From: Caedibacter taeniospiralis
GTDB lineage: Bacteria > Pseudomonadota > Gammaproteobacteria > Francisellales > Francisellaceae
Direction: 5' to 3'
Length of the DNA: 32,000 bases
Assembly: GCF_002803295.2 (NCBI RefSeq)
Contig: NZ_PGGB02000004.1
Span: forward strand, 264 to 32,263
The notes below the pieces were generated by a model. It saw only the letters and a list, made by a program, of their open reading frames with translations. It had not been told where the DNA came from and made no database searches. Below are positions 1 to 9,063 of this stretch, piece by piece (position 1 is the stretch's first letter; each line of letters starts with the position of its first letter). The position numbers and the translations under genes are program-made.

Positions 1-1
1 A

Positions 2-691
2 ACCTTTTTAGTCAGGATGATTGAAAAGCATCGTTATTTTATTCCTGATTTGGAGGATATTGTTGTTGGGGAGCTGATGTTATCTAAGTTTGATATTGAC
101 AATATGCCGATTGAAACCTTGCTCTTTCAAACGGGCTATCTCACCATTAAAGAGGTGACCTCGCGTGGCAGTAGAATGGCGTATCGTTTGGGTTACCCAA
201 ATTATGAAGTCAAATGTAGTTTAGCTGATGCTTTAGCTTCCATTGCTTGCAATGACAGCGCAAAAAACCAAGTCATTGATCAGCTTGTCAAGGCTTTAGA
301 GAACAATGATTTTAGACCCTTGGAGTTTGTGTTAAGTAGTCACTTCGCCTCTATCCCCAATGACTGGTATCGCAATAATCAAATTGAGAATTATGAGGGA
401 TTTTACGCGAGCATCGTTTATAGCTTTCTCACTGCCTTGGGATATGACACCATCCCTGAGGATGTGACCAATCACGGCAAAATCGATCTAACGATCATCA
501 TGCACGATAAGATCGTCATTATCGAGTTTAAACTCGCTAAGTTGGGGGATGCCAAGAGTGCTATTCAGCAGATTAAAGATAAAAAGTATGCAGAAAAGTA
601 CCTTAGCAGCAACAAGCCTGTTTATTTGATCGGTATCAGCTTCGACTCACAAGAACGTAATGTGATTGATTTAGTATCTGAGTCGTTTTGA
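2..691 (+). CDS. C-terminal part of an AAA-ATPase-like / PD-(D/E)XK nuclease superfamily protein (5' truncated by the window edge)
   Basis: The reading frame stays open upstream of the Met at 17 to the window edge. The C-terminal half has a GKIDLTIIMHDKIVIIEFKLAK motif (D...ExK) and a YLIGISFDSQERNV end typical of the PD-(D/E)XK domain attached to AAA-ATPase-like proteins. Confidence 0.75.
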   Translation, partial: TFLVRMIEKHRYFIPDLEDIVVGELMLSKFDIDNMPIETLLFQTGYLTIKEVTSRGSRMAYRLGYPNYEVKCSLADALASIACNDSAKNQVIDQLVKALENNDFRPLEFVLSSHFASIPNDWYRNNQIENYEGFYASIVYSFLTALGYDTIPEDVTNHGKIDLTIIMHDKIVIIEFKLAKLGDAKSAIQQIKDKKYAEKYLSSNKPVYLIGISFDSQERNVIDLVSESF

Positions 692-1080
692 CGCGTAGGG
701 GTGAAAAATATTTCGCCCTTACGCGTCATATTCTGGCGTGACCAGTAAGACAAGTTTAAAACCCGTTTGACATGGATCATCAGCCCTGTCAAGCACAGTA
801 TTTATGTTTTTTTACTTGTGCTCGCTTTACAACGCATAATAGGGTAAGGACAATAAAACATGATTGGCACGTTATGGTAGGAGAAATCATGTCCCACATG
901 CGTGGTTTTCACACCTAATAACTTCCGTGAATTTGGCATTGGTCAATATCTTCACCCATGATGGCACATTGCGTAGGGGCGTACTGCATACGCCGCTGTA
1001 AAAGTGGGCAGTGACTTTGTCAAAACCGTAAATTTAAAGGAAAAAATGGCTTAGGACCAGATTTCCGCCCAAACAAAATA

Positions 1081-1147
1081 CTGTCATTCCCGCGAAGGCG
1101 GGAATCCAGCTTTCAAACAACTCCAGCGACTTCGCGCAGGGTGACAG
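1081..1147. repeat. Small REP/MITE-like palindromic element
   Basis: A perfect 8-bp stem with 4-nt loop, ATTCCCGC-GAAG-GCGGGAAT (1086-1105), bounded by imperfect inverted termini CTGTCATTCCCGCG and CGCGCAGGGTGACAG. Confidence 0.6.
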
Positions 1148-1204
1148 TGGACGGAAACATGGTCAGAGCAGGAAAAAATTAACTTAATGAATGGCAGGTG
1201 ATTT

Positions 1205-1687
1205 ATGAAGAAAGCTTTGATTCCCCTTTTAACAGTTGGCGTATTATTTTCCGCAATCAATTTCGCAGCCGAGTCAGGCAAAGCTGAAGTCATCGTTGAA
1301 GCTAAAAGCATTTTAGGTGATCTTAGCATGACTCAAAAAATTGTGATTTCAGCTGCTGATGTCACCGCGGGCAAAGATAAGATTTTTGAATTAGCCGAGT
1401 TCTGTACTTACACCAATAATAAAGATGGTAAAGTAACCATTGACATATCAACCAATGAGAAAAAATTTGCCGTTATTGGCACTAACAGCGAAGGCGAATT
1501 ACCTTACACCTTAACCATTAACAAAACTGCGGTCAATTACGGTAAGAACCTGTTGTATGTAGATAGCAACGACCTGCCTTCAGGCTGCAAAACGAAAGAA
1601 ATTGTTACCATGACATTCAAGGGCAGTGATATTCGTAATGCAAAAGCAGGAACTTATAACGCCTCATTGAATTTAAGTGTTGCGTAA
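1205..1687 (+). CDS. Fimbrial major subunit-like protein (alternate chaperone-usher / CS1-type), secreted
   Basis: N-terminal signal peptide MKKALIPLLTVGVLFSAINFAA; pilin-like size of 160 aa; C-terminal GTYNASLNLSVA strand; similar to the 2250-2765 product; located next to chaperone and usher genes. Confidence 0.6.
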   Translation: MKKALIPLLTVGVLFSAINFAAESGKAEVIVEAKSILGDLSMTQKIVISAADVTAGKDKIFELAEFCTYTNNKDGKVTIDISTNEKKFAVIGTNSEGELPYTLTINKTAVNYGKNLLYVDSNDLPSGCKTKEIVTMTFKGSDIRNAKAGTYNASLNLSVA

Positions 1688-1755
1688 TTCCAAGTAACTT
1701 CAGAAATAAACCTAGGGAGTTAAAGCACCCTTATTGTTTTGGTCAGGAATAAAAT

Positions 1756-2217
1756 ATGAGATTATTACAAATTTTAACTGTAAGTTTTTCACTTATTAGT
1801 TTCTCTGCTACGACCTTTGCTGGCGCCGTTCTTGATATTGTCAACCCAGAGGTTAGTATTAATCAAAAGAGTCAGCGTGGCTACATTCCAATCACAAATA
1901 TTGGTAATGAAAGTGGCACCTTCATTGTTCAAGTGAAAAACATTACAGATCCACAACATGTGATTACGTATAGCAACAAAGAACTTAAGTCATTACCTGT
2001 TATTATCAGCCCATTACTGATTCCTAATTTAGGCGCAGGCAATAACAAAAGGGTCTCTGTTCGCAAAAAGGGGAAGATTGAAACACCGATGAAACTGCAA
2101 ATAGTGATCAGTGAATACAAGAAACCCGTTGATAATAACGGCGACATTGCTGATGATGCAGCTGGCATTGATATTCAAGGCTCCATCCATTACATTGCCA
2201 ATATCGACGTAGCCTAG
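1756..2217 (+). CDS. Short periplasmic fimbrial chaperone-like protein (single Ig-like domain)
   Basis: Signal peptide; body AGAVLDIVNPEVSINQKSQRGYIPITNIGNESGTFIVQV...; position between pilin and usher genes; only 153 aa. Confidence 0.5.
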   Translation: MRLLQILTVSFSLISFSATTFAGAVLDIVNPEVSINQKSQRGYIPITNIGNESGTFIVQVKNITDPQHVITYSNKELKSLPVIISPLLIPNLGAGNNKRVSVRKKGKIETPMKLQIVISEYKKPVDNNGDIADDAAGIDIQGSIHYIANIDVA

Positions 2218-2249
2218 AGGCTAAAAGTTATTAACCAGAGGCATTTAAG

Positions 2250-2765
2250 ATGCGCATAACAAATCTGACGTTCAGCCTTTGCATATGCCTGCTGGCACTC
2301 TTCCCACTTATCAGCTTTAGCGCTCAGTTTAGCAACAACTCTAAATATTTTGATCGCCAGGCTACAGATGAAAAAGAAGATCCTCGCTTTGTCATTGGAA
2401 ACCTTTCGCTTAATGAGAAAATTGTCATCAGCGCCAGAATGATTACAGAAAACACAGATCAGGTTATTCCACTTGGAACTTTTTGTGCGTATCAAAAAGG
2501 TCATAATCCCTTTCCTTTGCGCATTACTACTAACGAAAATGGCTTTATAGCTAAAGGGTTAAATGGTCAAGGTAATCTCCCCTATCACATCCTTGTGAAT
2601 AAAGTTGAGCTTAACTATAACCAAAAGCAAATGATTGAAACCAATAATTATGCTTTTGACGAATGTCAACTCTATGAGAACCTTGCCATAAAGTTCTCCA
2701 AATATACCATTCAAAATGCTAAGGCTGGTCGCTACGAGCTGTCACTTATTCTACAAAGCACATAG
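2250..2765 (+). CDS. Second fimbrial subunit-like protein (minor pilin candidate)
   Basis: Signal peptide; shares an organisation of motifs with the 1205-1687 product (GNLPYHILVNKVELNYNQ vs GELPYTLTINKTAVNYGK; YTIQNAKAGRYELSLIL vs SDIRNAKAGTYNASLNL). Confidence 0.55.
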   Translation: MRITNLTFSLCICLLALFPLISFSAQFSNNSKYFDRQATDEKEDPRFVIGNLSLNEKIVISARMITENTDQVIPLGTFCAYQKGHNPFPLRITTNENGFIAKGLNGQGNLPYHILVNKVELNYNQKQMIETNNYAFDECQLYENLAIKFSKYTIQNAKAGRYELSLILQST

Positions 2766-2768
2766 GCT

Positions 2769-5228
2769 ATGATTCATAGCAAGAAAAAACGTTTATGTTT
2801 ACTATTAGGTATCACAACACTATGCCCTTTGTTTTTACTAGGGTTCTCGCCCAAACTGAGTATTGCCTCTGATTTACCTCCTGGCTTTGAAGATTTTGTC
2901 GAAGAAGATGAAACCAGCCTGGTAACCATCATGTTTGGCAAGGAAAAGCTGCTAGAAACACCTGCCACATTTAATGACGATAAGATCACCTTTAACGAAC
3001 CTGATCTAATTCTAAGCAAGCTTAAACCTTATATTTCTAAAACAGCACAGCACTTATTGCTTGAAGAAATAACACAAACCCAAAAAACCAATGCGGATCG
3101 CTTATGCACTAAGGGTCCAAATTGCGGCTTTGTCAGACCTCAGGTCTTCGGTGTGATTTTTGATCGCAATAACTACCGTGCGCATATTTTTATTAATCCT
3201 AAATACTTACTCGCACAAGATTCTGTTCCCGCTAAATTTTTGAAAGATTCAACCGCAGGATTTGGTGTACTTAATTTATTTCAGCTTGGAGCATCTGGCA
3301 ATAATGATCAGAACCAATCTATGGCACTTAATCATAATGGTTATCTAGGCTATGGTAATTGGCACCTCGATTATAAAGATAACCTCACTTATTCGCTTAC
3401 ACCTGGACAGCCACCGATCAGGCAATTTCAATTTCGAGATTTTGATCTCAACTGGCGCCGTAAAGAATACCACTTATCCCTTGGCTTACAAGATACGGTT
3501 GGCACAATGATTATCCCAAGCTTACAGATTGTTGGAGCAAGCTTACAAACCAACCTTGAGCTTTTGACTAATTTAAATGAACAAATCGCAACACCCGTTG
3601 AAGTAAACATCATCGTACCAAGTTATGTGGATGTCTATCGTGGCAACACATTAATTGGCACACAATACTTTCCACCAGGCAATCATTTTTTGGACACGCA
3701 AAGCTTTCCATCTGGCGCTTATATACTCAGGCTTGAGACACGCACACTCACCAATCAGACCTCAAACAAACAGGTGTACTTCATTAAAACGAATGCACTG
3801 CCATTATTGACCCTGCCAAACTACGCTATAAGTTATGGGCGCTTGGCTGAGCCAACTTCTGATACGGTTTTTCCAACCCTGACTGATCTTGATGTTTTGA
3901 CCCTGGAAGCCAAACAACGCCTGAACAATTTTTTTGGCATTGGTGAGCACTTAACCATGTTTGCTCAAAGAGAGGTGCTTAGCGAATTTATGTTGATGAT
4001 GGAGTTGTCTCACTTGAGTTTTTATAACTCTTTTGCACTGAGCAACTTCGGTGACCTGGGTGTTGCGTTCTCGATAGCTGGGAATATTTCAGGCGTAACA
4101 CTTAATACGTTTTTTCGTCAAATGTGGGTTAAGGAAAATAATAACCGCTATATCAACCAATATTTTGAAGATACACAGACAAGCAATACCAACCTTGGCA
4201 CATCGCTATCCTTCAGATGGCATGACATTAATTTTATGACTTCATTAAGCTACGCCTATGTCGATAATAATTTTCAGCACGATTTTGGTTTTGATGTTTC
4301 AAAAACCTTTAGTTTGGCTGACAATAATGATTTGACACTTTCATTATCACTTGATCACTCTGAAAGCAATAAGAGTGCTTTTATACAGCTTAGCTGGAAT
4401 TTTGGCACACCACGTGGCTGGTATGTGGCAGCGGAGCTTGAAGGTCAGTTCAGCCAACAGCCTGATCAGGGAACTCAAAGACAAGAAAACACCAAATTGA
4501 ATATTGGCAAAGAATTCATCCATGCGGACTATCAAAATGATCTTGGTTTAAGCTCTGAGATAAATCATAACACGCAATATTATTCTCAATATGCAAGCAC
4601 GAACAACCGCTATTTCAATACCCTGCAACAGTTGAATCTGGCACAGGCTAAAAACAATAAAGATGTGATCAGCTACAATATTCAAACTTCAACTTCATTT
4701 GCCTACGCACCCCTTAGTAATTGGGGAATAAGTAGCTCAGACAATCGCAGTGGTGTCATGATTTATGTTGCTGCTGATGTTCCTAGTAAGTACACCGTCT
4801 ATGTCGATGGCAAGGAAAGCATTGTGATCAATAATAATCAAAGCTACTTTATATCTATGCCTATATATCAAGAACACAACATTCAAGTGCAGACACATGA
4901 GGTAACCCTCAGTGTGCCTAATAATGATCGCAATGTTATTCTTTATCCAGGTAACGTTGAAACCATCAGGCTAAACGCTAAACCTGCCATTTTAGTCATG
5001 GGAAATTTTATTAGCTCAACAGGAGAAATATTAAGCCATGCCAAAATCAGCGGAGGATTAGAACCTGGTGAAACTGACACGGATGGCTTTGCGCAAATCG
5101 ACGTTCTAACGGGGGCTAAGCTTATTCTTGAAACGATGGATGGTCAAAAGTGTAGCGTCAACTCAGGTACCTTGGCGAGTGAAGATGGCATTGCATTTAA
5201 GGATGAGATTGTTTGCACAGTGGAATAG
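2769..5228 (+). CDS. Outer membrane fimbrial usher, CS1/CfaC (class 5, alternate) type
   Basis: 819 aa; LPPGFEDFVEEDETSLVTIMFGKEKLLETPATFNDDKITFNEP N-terminus; CTKGPNCGFVRPQVFGVIFDRNNYRAHIFINPKYL; long beta-rich region; C-terminal carboxypeptidase-like/Ig-like part. Confidence 0.75.
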   Translation: MIHSKKKRLCLLLGITTLCPLFLLGFSPKLSIASDLPPGFEDFVEEDETSLVTIMFGKEKLLETPATFNDDKITFNEPDLILSKLKPYISKTAQHLLLEEITQTQKTNADRLCTKGPNCGFVRPQVFGVIFDRNNYRAHIFINPKYLLAQDSVPAKFLKDSTAGFGVLNLFQLGASGNNDQNQSMALNHNGYLGYGNWHLDYKDNLTYSLTPGQPPIRQFQFRDFDLNWRRKEYHLSLGLQDTVGTMIIPSLQIVGASLQTNLELLTNLNEQIATPVEVNIIVPSYVDVYRGNTLIGTQYFPPGNHFLDTQSFPSGAYILRLETRTLTNQTSNKQVYFIKTNALPLLTLPNYAISYGRLAEPTSDTVFPTLTDLDVLTLEAKQRLNNFFGIGEHLTMFAQREVLSEFMLMMELSHLSFYNSFALSNFGDLGVAFSIAGNISGVTLNTFFRQMWVKENNNRYINQYFEDTQTSNTNLGTSLSFRWHDINFMTSLSYAYVDNNFQHDFGFDVSKTFSLADNNDLTLSLSLDHSESNKSAFIQLSWNFGTPRGWYVAAELEGQFSQQPDQGTQRQENTKLNIGKEFIHADYQNDLGLSSEINHNTQYYSQYASTNNRYFNTLQQLNLAQAKNNKDVISYNIQTSTSFAYAPLSNWGISSSDNRSGVMIYVAADVPSKYTVYVDGKESIVINNNQSYFISMPIYQEHNIQVQTHEVTLSVPNNDRNVILYPGNVETIRLNAKPAILVMGNFISSTGEILSHAKISGGLEPGETDTDGFAQIDVLTGAKLILETMDGQKCSVNSGTLASEDGIAFKDEIVCTVE

Positions 5229-5284
5229 ATAATTCAAGTCACCCTTATGAATCACTGGGGTTATACACTTTTGCTGGTCTTAAA

Positions 5285-5459
5285 GACTACCCCGTCTGCA
5301 CGCCTGACCACTTTAAAGTGGTCAGGCGTGCAGCCACCCCTTCACTTGTGAAGGGGAATTTAGCAGGTCAATTGTTGATAGAATCAAGCCCCCAAGACCA
5401 ACAGATTTAATTCCCCTTCACAAGTGAAGGGGTGGCAACCGAAGGTTGACGGGGTAGTC
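5285..5459. repeat. MITE-like composite palindromic element with variable internal hairpins
   Basis: Left arm 5285-5360 (GACTACCCCGTC - 36-bp perfect palindrome - GCCACCCCTTCACTTGTGAAGGGGAATT). Right arm 5409-5459 is the inverted copy of the same flanks but with the short hairpin AACCTTCGGTT instead. Confidence 0.75.
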
Positions 5460-5475
5460 ATAGCGTAAAAATCTA

Positions 5476-6249
5476 CTAAGGATCAGCTGTATCAGTTAGG
5501 CTTAGGTTATCAAAAGCCTCACTTAACGCTTTTATGCTAGGGTATTGCGCATTTTTGAAGCTTGAGTTCTTAGAAAAAACGGTGTAATACGTCTTGCTAA
5601 AAATTGGCGTTGGATGAACGACTATTCCTTCCAGTTTAATATCTTGAGTCAAATGCTCCACCACTTCAGGAATAGCTGGAATAAGTTGAATCTTATTTAT
5701 AATAAGCATTCTTAACGCCTGCTCTAAGGTGTTATAGGTTTCAATGCGCTCACTATTGTATGGCTTAGCCAAACAGCGTAATAGCGCGCTTGAGTAACTA
5801 TTATCCTTAACAAGACCAATTTTGATGTTAAGTAAGCTGAGATTAGGGCACAGATCAAAATACTGTTTTTCATGATTTTTGTTGCTTATCCATACATAGT
5901 TCACTTGAGTCATTGAGCTTCGTGGATAGTATACATAAGACTCGCGTGCTGTTTTTTTTGAAACCATCAAGGCTCCATCCATCTTCCCTGTTTGCACAAG
6001 CTTCCAGCACTGTTGCCACGGCATAATATGTACTTGAAGTTCAAGTTTAAGTTGAGCAAACATTTTTCTATTACGCTCAACATCAGAGCCCAATAGGTTA
6101 CCATCATGCTTGTAATCATAAGGTGGCCATGGTTCTGTGCAGAATTTTAGCATCGATCCATTTGCCTGAGCACCAACGACAGCTGGCACAATGAACCAGG
6201 TTAAACTGAGCAGTTTTAAATATGGATGCGTTTGCCTGTTTTTTCTCAT
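5476..6249 (-). CDS. Periplasmic solute-binding protein, bacterial extracellular SBP family 3-like
   Basis: Signal peptide; MLKFCTEPWPPYDYKHDGNLLGSDVERNRKMFAQLKLELQVHIMPWQQCWKLVQTGKMDGALMVSKKTARESYVYYP is typical of SBP_bac_3 proteins. Confidence 0.75.
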   Translation of the reverse strand: MRKNRQTHPYLKLLSLTWFIVPAVVGAQANGSMLKFCTEPWPPYDYKHDGNLLGSDVERNRKMFAQLKLELQVHIMPWQQCWKLVQTGKMDGALMVSKKTARESYVYYPRSSMTQVNYVWISNKNHEKQYFDLCPNLSLLNIKIGLVKDNSYSSALLRCLAKPYNSERIETYNTLEQALRMLIINKIQLIPAIPEVVEHLTQDIKLEGIVVHPTPIFSKTYYTVFSKNSSFKNAQYPSIKALSEAFDNLSLTDTADP

Positions 6250-6315
6250 TTAAATACTCCTCTGAATGAGCTTCAAGAGTTTAACAACTTAACCAAATGA
6301 AATCATCCAGTTGTC

Positions 6316-7122
6316 TTACGTCCTATTTTTAATTGCGCTTCTTAGCTGCTCAAAGCTGATTAGCGCCTCATTGGGTGTGAGCTTTCTTGCCATGCTTTCT
6401 TTAGCTTTATAACCATAGCCATAAAATATTTCATAACTTACCACTAAGCCTTTGGTATGAAGATTATTGCAGAAGTTTTTCCAGCGATTTTTTCCTGTTA
6501 ATGTCTTACGCATTTTTGTATCACTCAAGGGCTCATTCAGCTCGCGAATATCCTGCCATAAAGTTTCAAGATCATCATACTGCAGGCTTAAGGTTTCGGC
6601 ATCCATCACTGGCGTTTTAAACTGCTCCCTTACCAGCAAGTCCCCCACATCGCGCATGTCAAGCATTTGGTTAATATGAGGCATACCATCACTTAGCTGC
6701 CAGGCTTTTTTGAGCTCTTGCAAGCTCCCGCTGCCAAAACTGGTAAATACAACAATACCTTCTGGTCTTAGCCGCTTATGCCAATCTCTTAAGGTTTTGG
6801 CTAGACTCGTGGCTTGATGAATTTTGCAGTTTGATATGATCAAATCGCACTCTTCATCATCTACTAACCGATCGGTGAGTCTTGCATTTGGATACAACTG
6901 CCTAAGCTTTTCTTGCTCAGTTGAATCAACTCCCTCCAGAAAAATAAGCGCAGGGTCAACTTTGATAAAACTGAGCTTATCTAAAAGCCGCTGGGTAATT
7001 TCATTTTTGATAAAGCTTTGTGCTCTATATCGTTGCTTATGACGAGCAAGCAATTGTTTAAATAAGGGTTGATCAAACATGCTAAAAAGCTGCCTAAGTT
7101 TAAGATACACGCATTCTACCAT
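6316..7122 (-). CDS. BioC-like (malonyl-ACP O-methyltransferase-like) protein with a degenerate SAM-binding region
   Basis: FIKNEITQRLLDKLSFIKVDPALIFLEG, LRDWHKRLRPEGIVVFTSFGSGSLQELKKAW and DMRDVGDLLVREQFKTPVMDAETLSLQYDDLETLWQDIRELN resemble the BioC C-terminal region; motif I (LDLGCGTG) is absent. Confidence 0.55.
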   Translation of the reverse strand: MVECVYLKLRQLFSMFDQPLFKQLLARHKQRYRAQSFIKNEITQRLLDKLSFIKVDPALIFLEGVDSTEQEKLRQLYPNARLTDRLVDDEECDLIISNCKIHQATSLAKTLRDWHKRLRPEGIVVFTSFGSGSLQELKKAWQLSDGMPHINQMLDMRDVGDLLVREQFKTPVMDAETLSLQYDDLETLWQDIRELNEPLSDTKMRKTLTGKNRWKNFCNNLHTKGLVVSYEIFYGYGYKAKESMARKLTPNEALISFEQLRSAIKNRT

Positions 7123-7383
7123 TCACCGAGCATCTTAGTGGGTAAGTATCTGCCGAATTTTTTAAAAAAACCAGCCATTTCATTTCGGACAGTCTGTCCA
7201 TTTAATACAATCTGGTACAATTTATAGTGAAATCATGTAGGTAAGCTCGCGTTTTTGTGCAAAGATAACGTCACAATCAGGTTGGATTACAAAAAATACT
7301 AAACAAATGCAAATTATACATGACACAGCTACAATGCGCTGCCAGATGGGAACTATCCTGCCTGAATTAAAGGGAGTAGGCTA

Positions 7384-8715
7384 ATGGGGAAGCTTATCAG
7401 CAACGGCAAACACTATCTTCGATTTTGGGCTTTTCCTGCTTTACTGATTATGTTTGTGATCTTAAATCTATTTTTCATCGTGCTCTCGTACCAGCAATAT
7501 CGATATCATCAATATCACAAGACGTTGTACTCGCTGACCAATACCACTTTTAAAGTCTATCTGCAGCAATACCATGCACAGCAGTTGAAGTTTGAAGCGA
7601 TTGATCCTGTGCCCAGCTATATTACCTACGAATTTACTGCTAAGCCCACATTTTCCCCTGTCATTGAGCTCGACATACCAACCAAACAACAAAAAAACAG
7701 TCACCTTTTATACACTGAAATTAAAAATCAGATCAAAAATGAACTGGGGGAACTTCCCTTTTTCCATTCCAAACAGATTTCTATCTGTTACGTTGATCTT
7801 ATGCAATGCGCAAACTTCACCATTGAATTGCCAAATCGCTATTATCTGTACTTTTTGCTGTTGACTTTTGCTATCTTTATGGTGCTCATTATCCCCTTGC
7901 ACTTTCTATACAGTCAAAGACTGCTTCAACCATTTTTGCGCATGCAACAAATTGCAGACAAACTGGACATTAATAACAATCCCTCCGTAATACAGCCTTT
8001 TAACGTTAAAAATTTAGCGGATTTAATGGAACAAACCTGTCACAAACTCAATAAGCTAATGGATGAAAAAATATATACCATTAAGGCCATCTCTCATGAT
8101 TTAAAAACACCTATAACGAAGGCCAAGTTATATACCTATAACCAGGTGCCTGAAAAACATCACCCTGAGCTTCTCAAATATTATGACGACATGGAATACT
8201 TGCTGACACAAATTGGTCATTATACAAAAAAGCAATACTTGAACGAAAAGCAACACAAAATTGACGTGGTCGACTTTAGTGAGTCGATATGTCATGAATA
8301 TCAACTAAATGGCTTTGAGGTCAGCTTTTCAACCACACTGACAACAGCGCTGATCACCATTCAACATAAGGCATTTAAACGCGTTATGCAGAATCTGATC
8401 GACAACGCTTTAAAGTACGCAGGCAGCGTTACAGTCGTGCTGAAATACGATAATAATGAACTGTGCTTATTCTTTACGGACAAGGGTCCTGGCGTTGCAA
8501 CGGAGCATTTAAGCAAACTATGTGATCCTTTTTATCGCGTCGATGCTGCTCGCAGTCATAACGTCTCAGGTTCAGGGCTTGGTCTTGCCATTGTCAAAGA
8601 GATTCTTGTACACAATCAAGCTAAATTAGTGATTTTCAACAATAACCCACCACCTGGGTTAAGCGTCAAAATCTCATTTAGTCATGTTATTTTGGTACAA
8701 TCAATGGAAACATAA
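7384..8715 (+). CDS. Sensor histidine kinase (two-component system)
   Basis: N-terminal TM, periplasmic loop, second TM; HAMP-like region; H-box ISHDLKTPITKAKLY; N/G boxes DNALKYAG, DKGPGV, GSGLGLAIVKEIL. Confidence 0.9.
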   Translation: MGKLISNGKHYLRFWAFPALLIMFVILNLFFIVLSYQQYRYHQYHKTLYSLTNTTFKVYLQQYHAQQLKFEAIDPVPSYITYEFTAKPTFSPVIELDIPTKQQKNSHLLYTEIKNQIKNELGELPFFHSKQISICYVDLMQCANFTIELPNRYYLYFLLLTFAIFMVLIIPLHFLYSQRLLQPFLRMQQIADKLDINNNPSVIQPFNVKNLADLMEQTCHKLNKLMDEKIYTIKAISHDLKTPITKAKLYTYNQVPEKHHPELLKYYDDMEYLLTQIGHYTKKQYLNEKQHKIDVVDFSESICHEYQLNGFEVSFSTTLTTALITIQHKAFKRVMQNLIDNALKYAGSVTVVLKYDNNELCLFFTDKGPGVATEHLSKLCDPFYRVDAARSHNVSGSGLGLAIVKEILVHNQAKLVIFNNNPPPGLSVKISFSHVILVQSMET

Positions 8716-8822
8716 TCTGGAATGCGCCTGTAAATCATCAACTTGCCCCACCTCTCCCCCTTGCGGGAAGCTCGGAAGGCGTAGCACTGGAAGCGCAATA
8801 TATTTTGGATCTTAGGGGCTAC

Positions 8823-8869
8823 ACTTCTCCCTTTTGATGGGAGAAGTCGCCAAAGCGTATGCTTTGGCG
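8823..8869. repeat. Tandem hairpins of a second MITE-like intergenic element
   Basis: ACTTCTCCC-TTTTGAT-GGGAGAAGT (8823-8847), then CGCCAAAGC-GTAT-GCTTTGGCG (8848-8869), followed by GGATGAGGGTGGC. Confidence 0.6.
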
Positions 8870-9063
8870 GATGAGGGTGGCTTTATAAGTGCATTTCACC
8901 CATCACTCGTAAGGCTACTATCCCCGCACCTTCCTTGTGATCAAGTTCAGTCTTAATCTGTTCGGATAACTTGGATTTGTAAGATACGATTTTTAATATT
9001 CATCTGATTTAATTTCTCTTTACCCAGTGGATTTAAGACCGTACCCGTCCACCTACGCCACTG

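Noticed and set aside
1084-1329. 81-aa minus-strand ORF at the REP-like element
   Set aside because: It overlaps the palindrome and the pilin start; non-coding composition.
5213-5410. 65-aa ORF after the usher gene
   Set aside because: It runs through the palindromic MITE-like element and has no protein-like features.
5285-5459. Possible CRISPR array from repeated palindromic units
   Set aside because: Only two inverted copies with no regular spacers or cas genes; the structure fits a MITE-like element.
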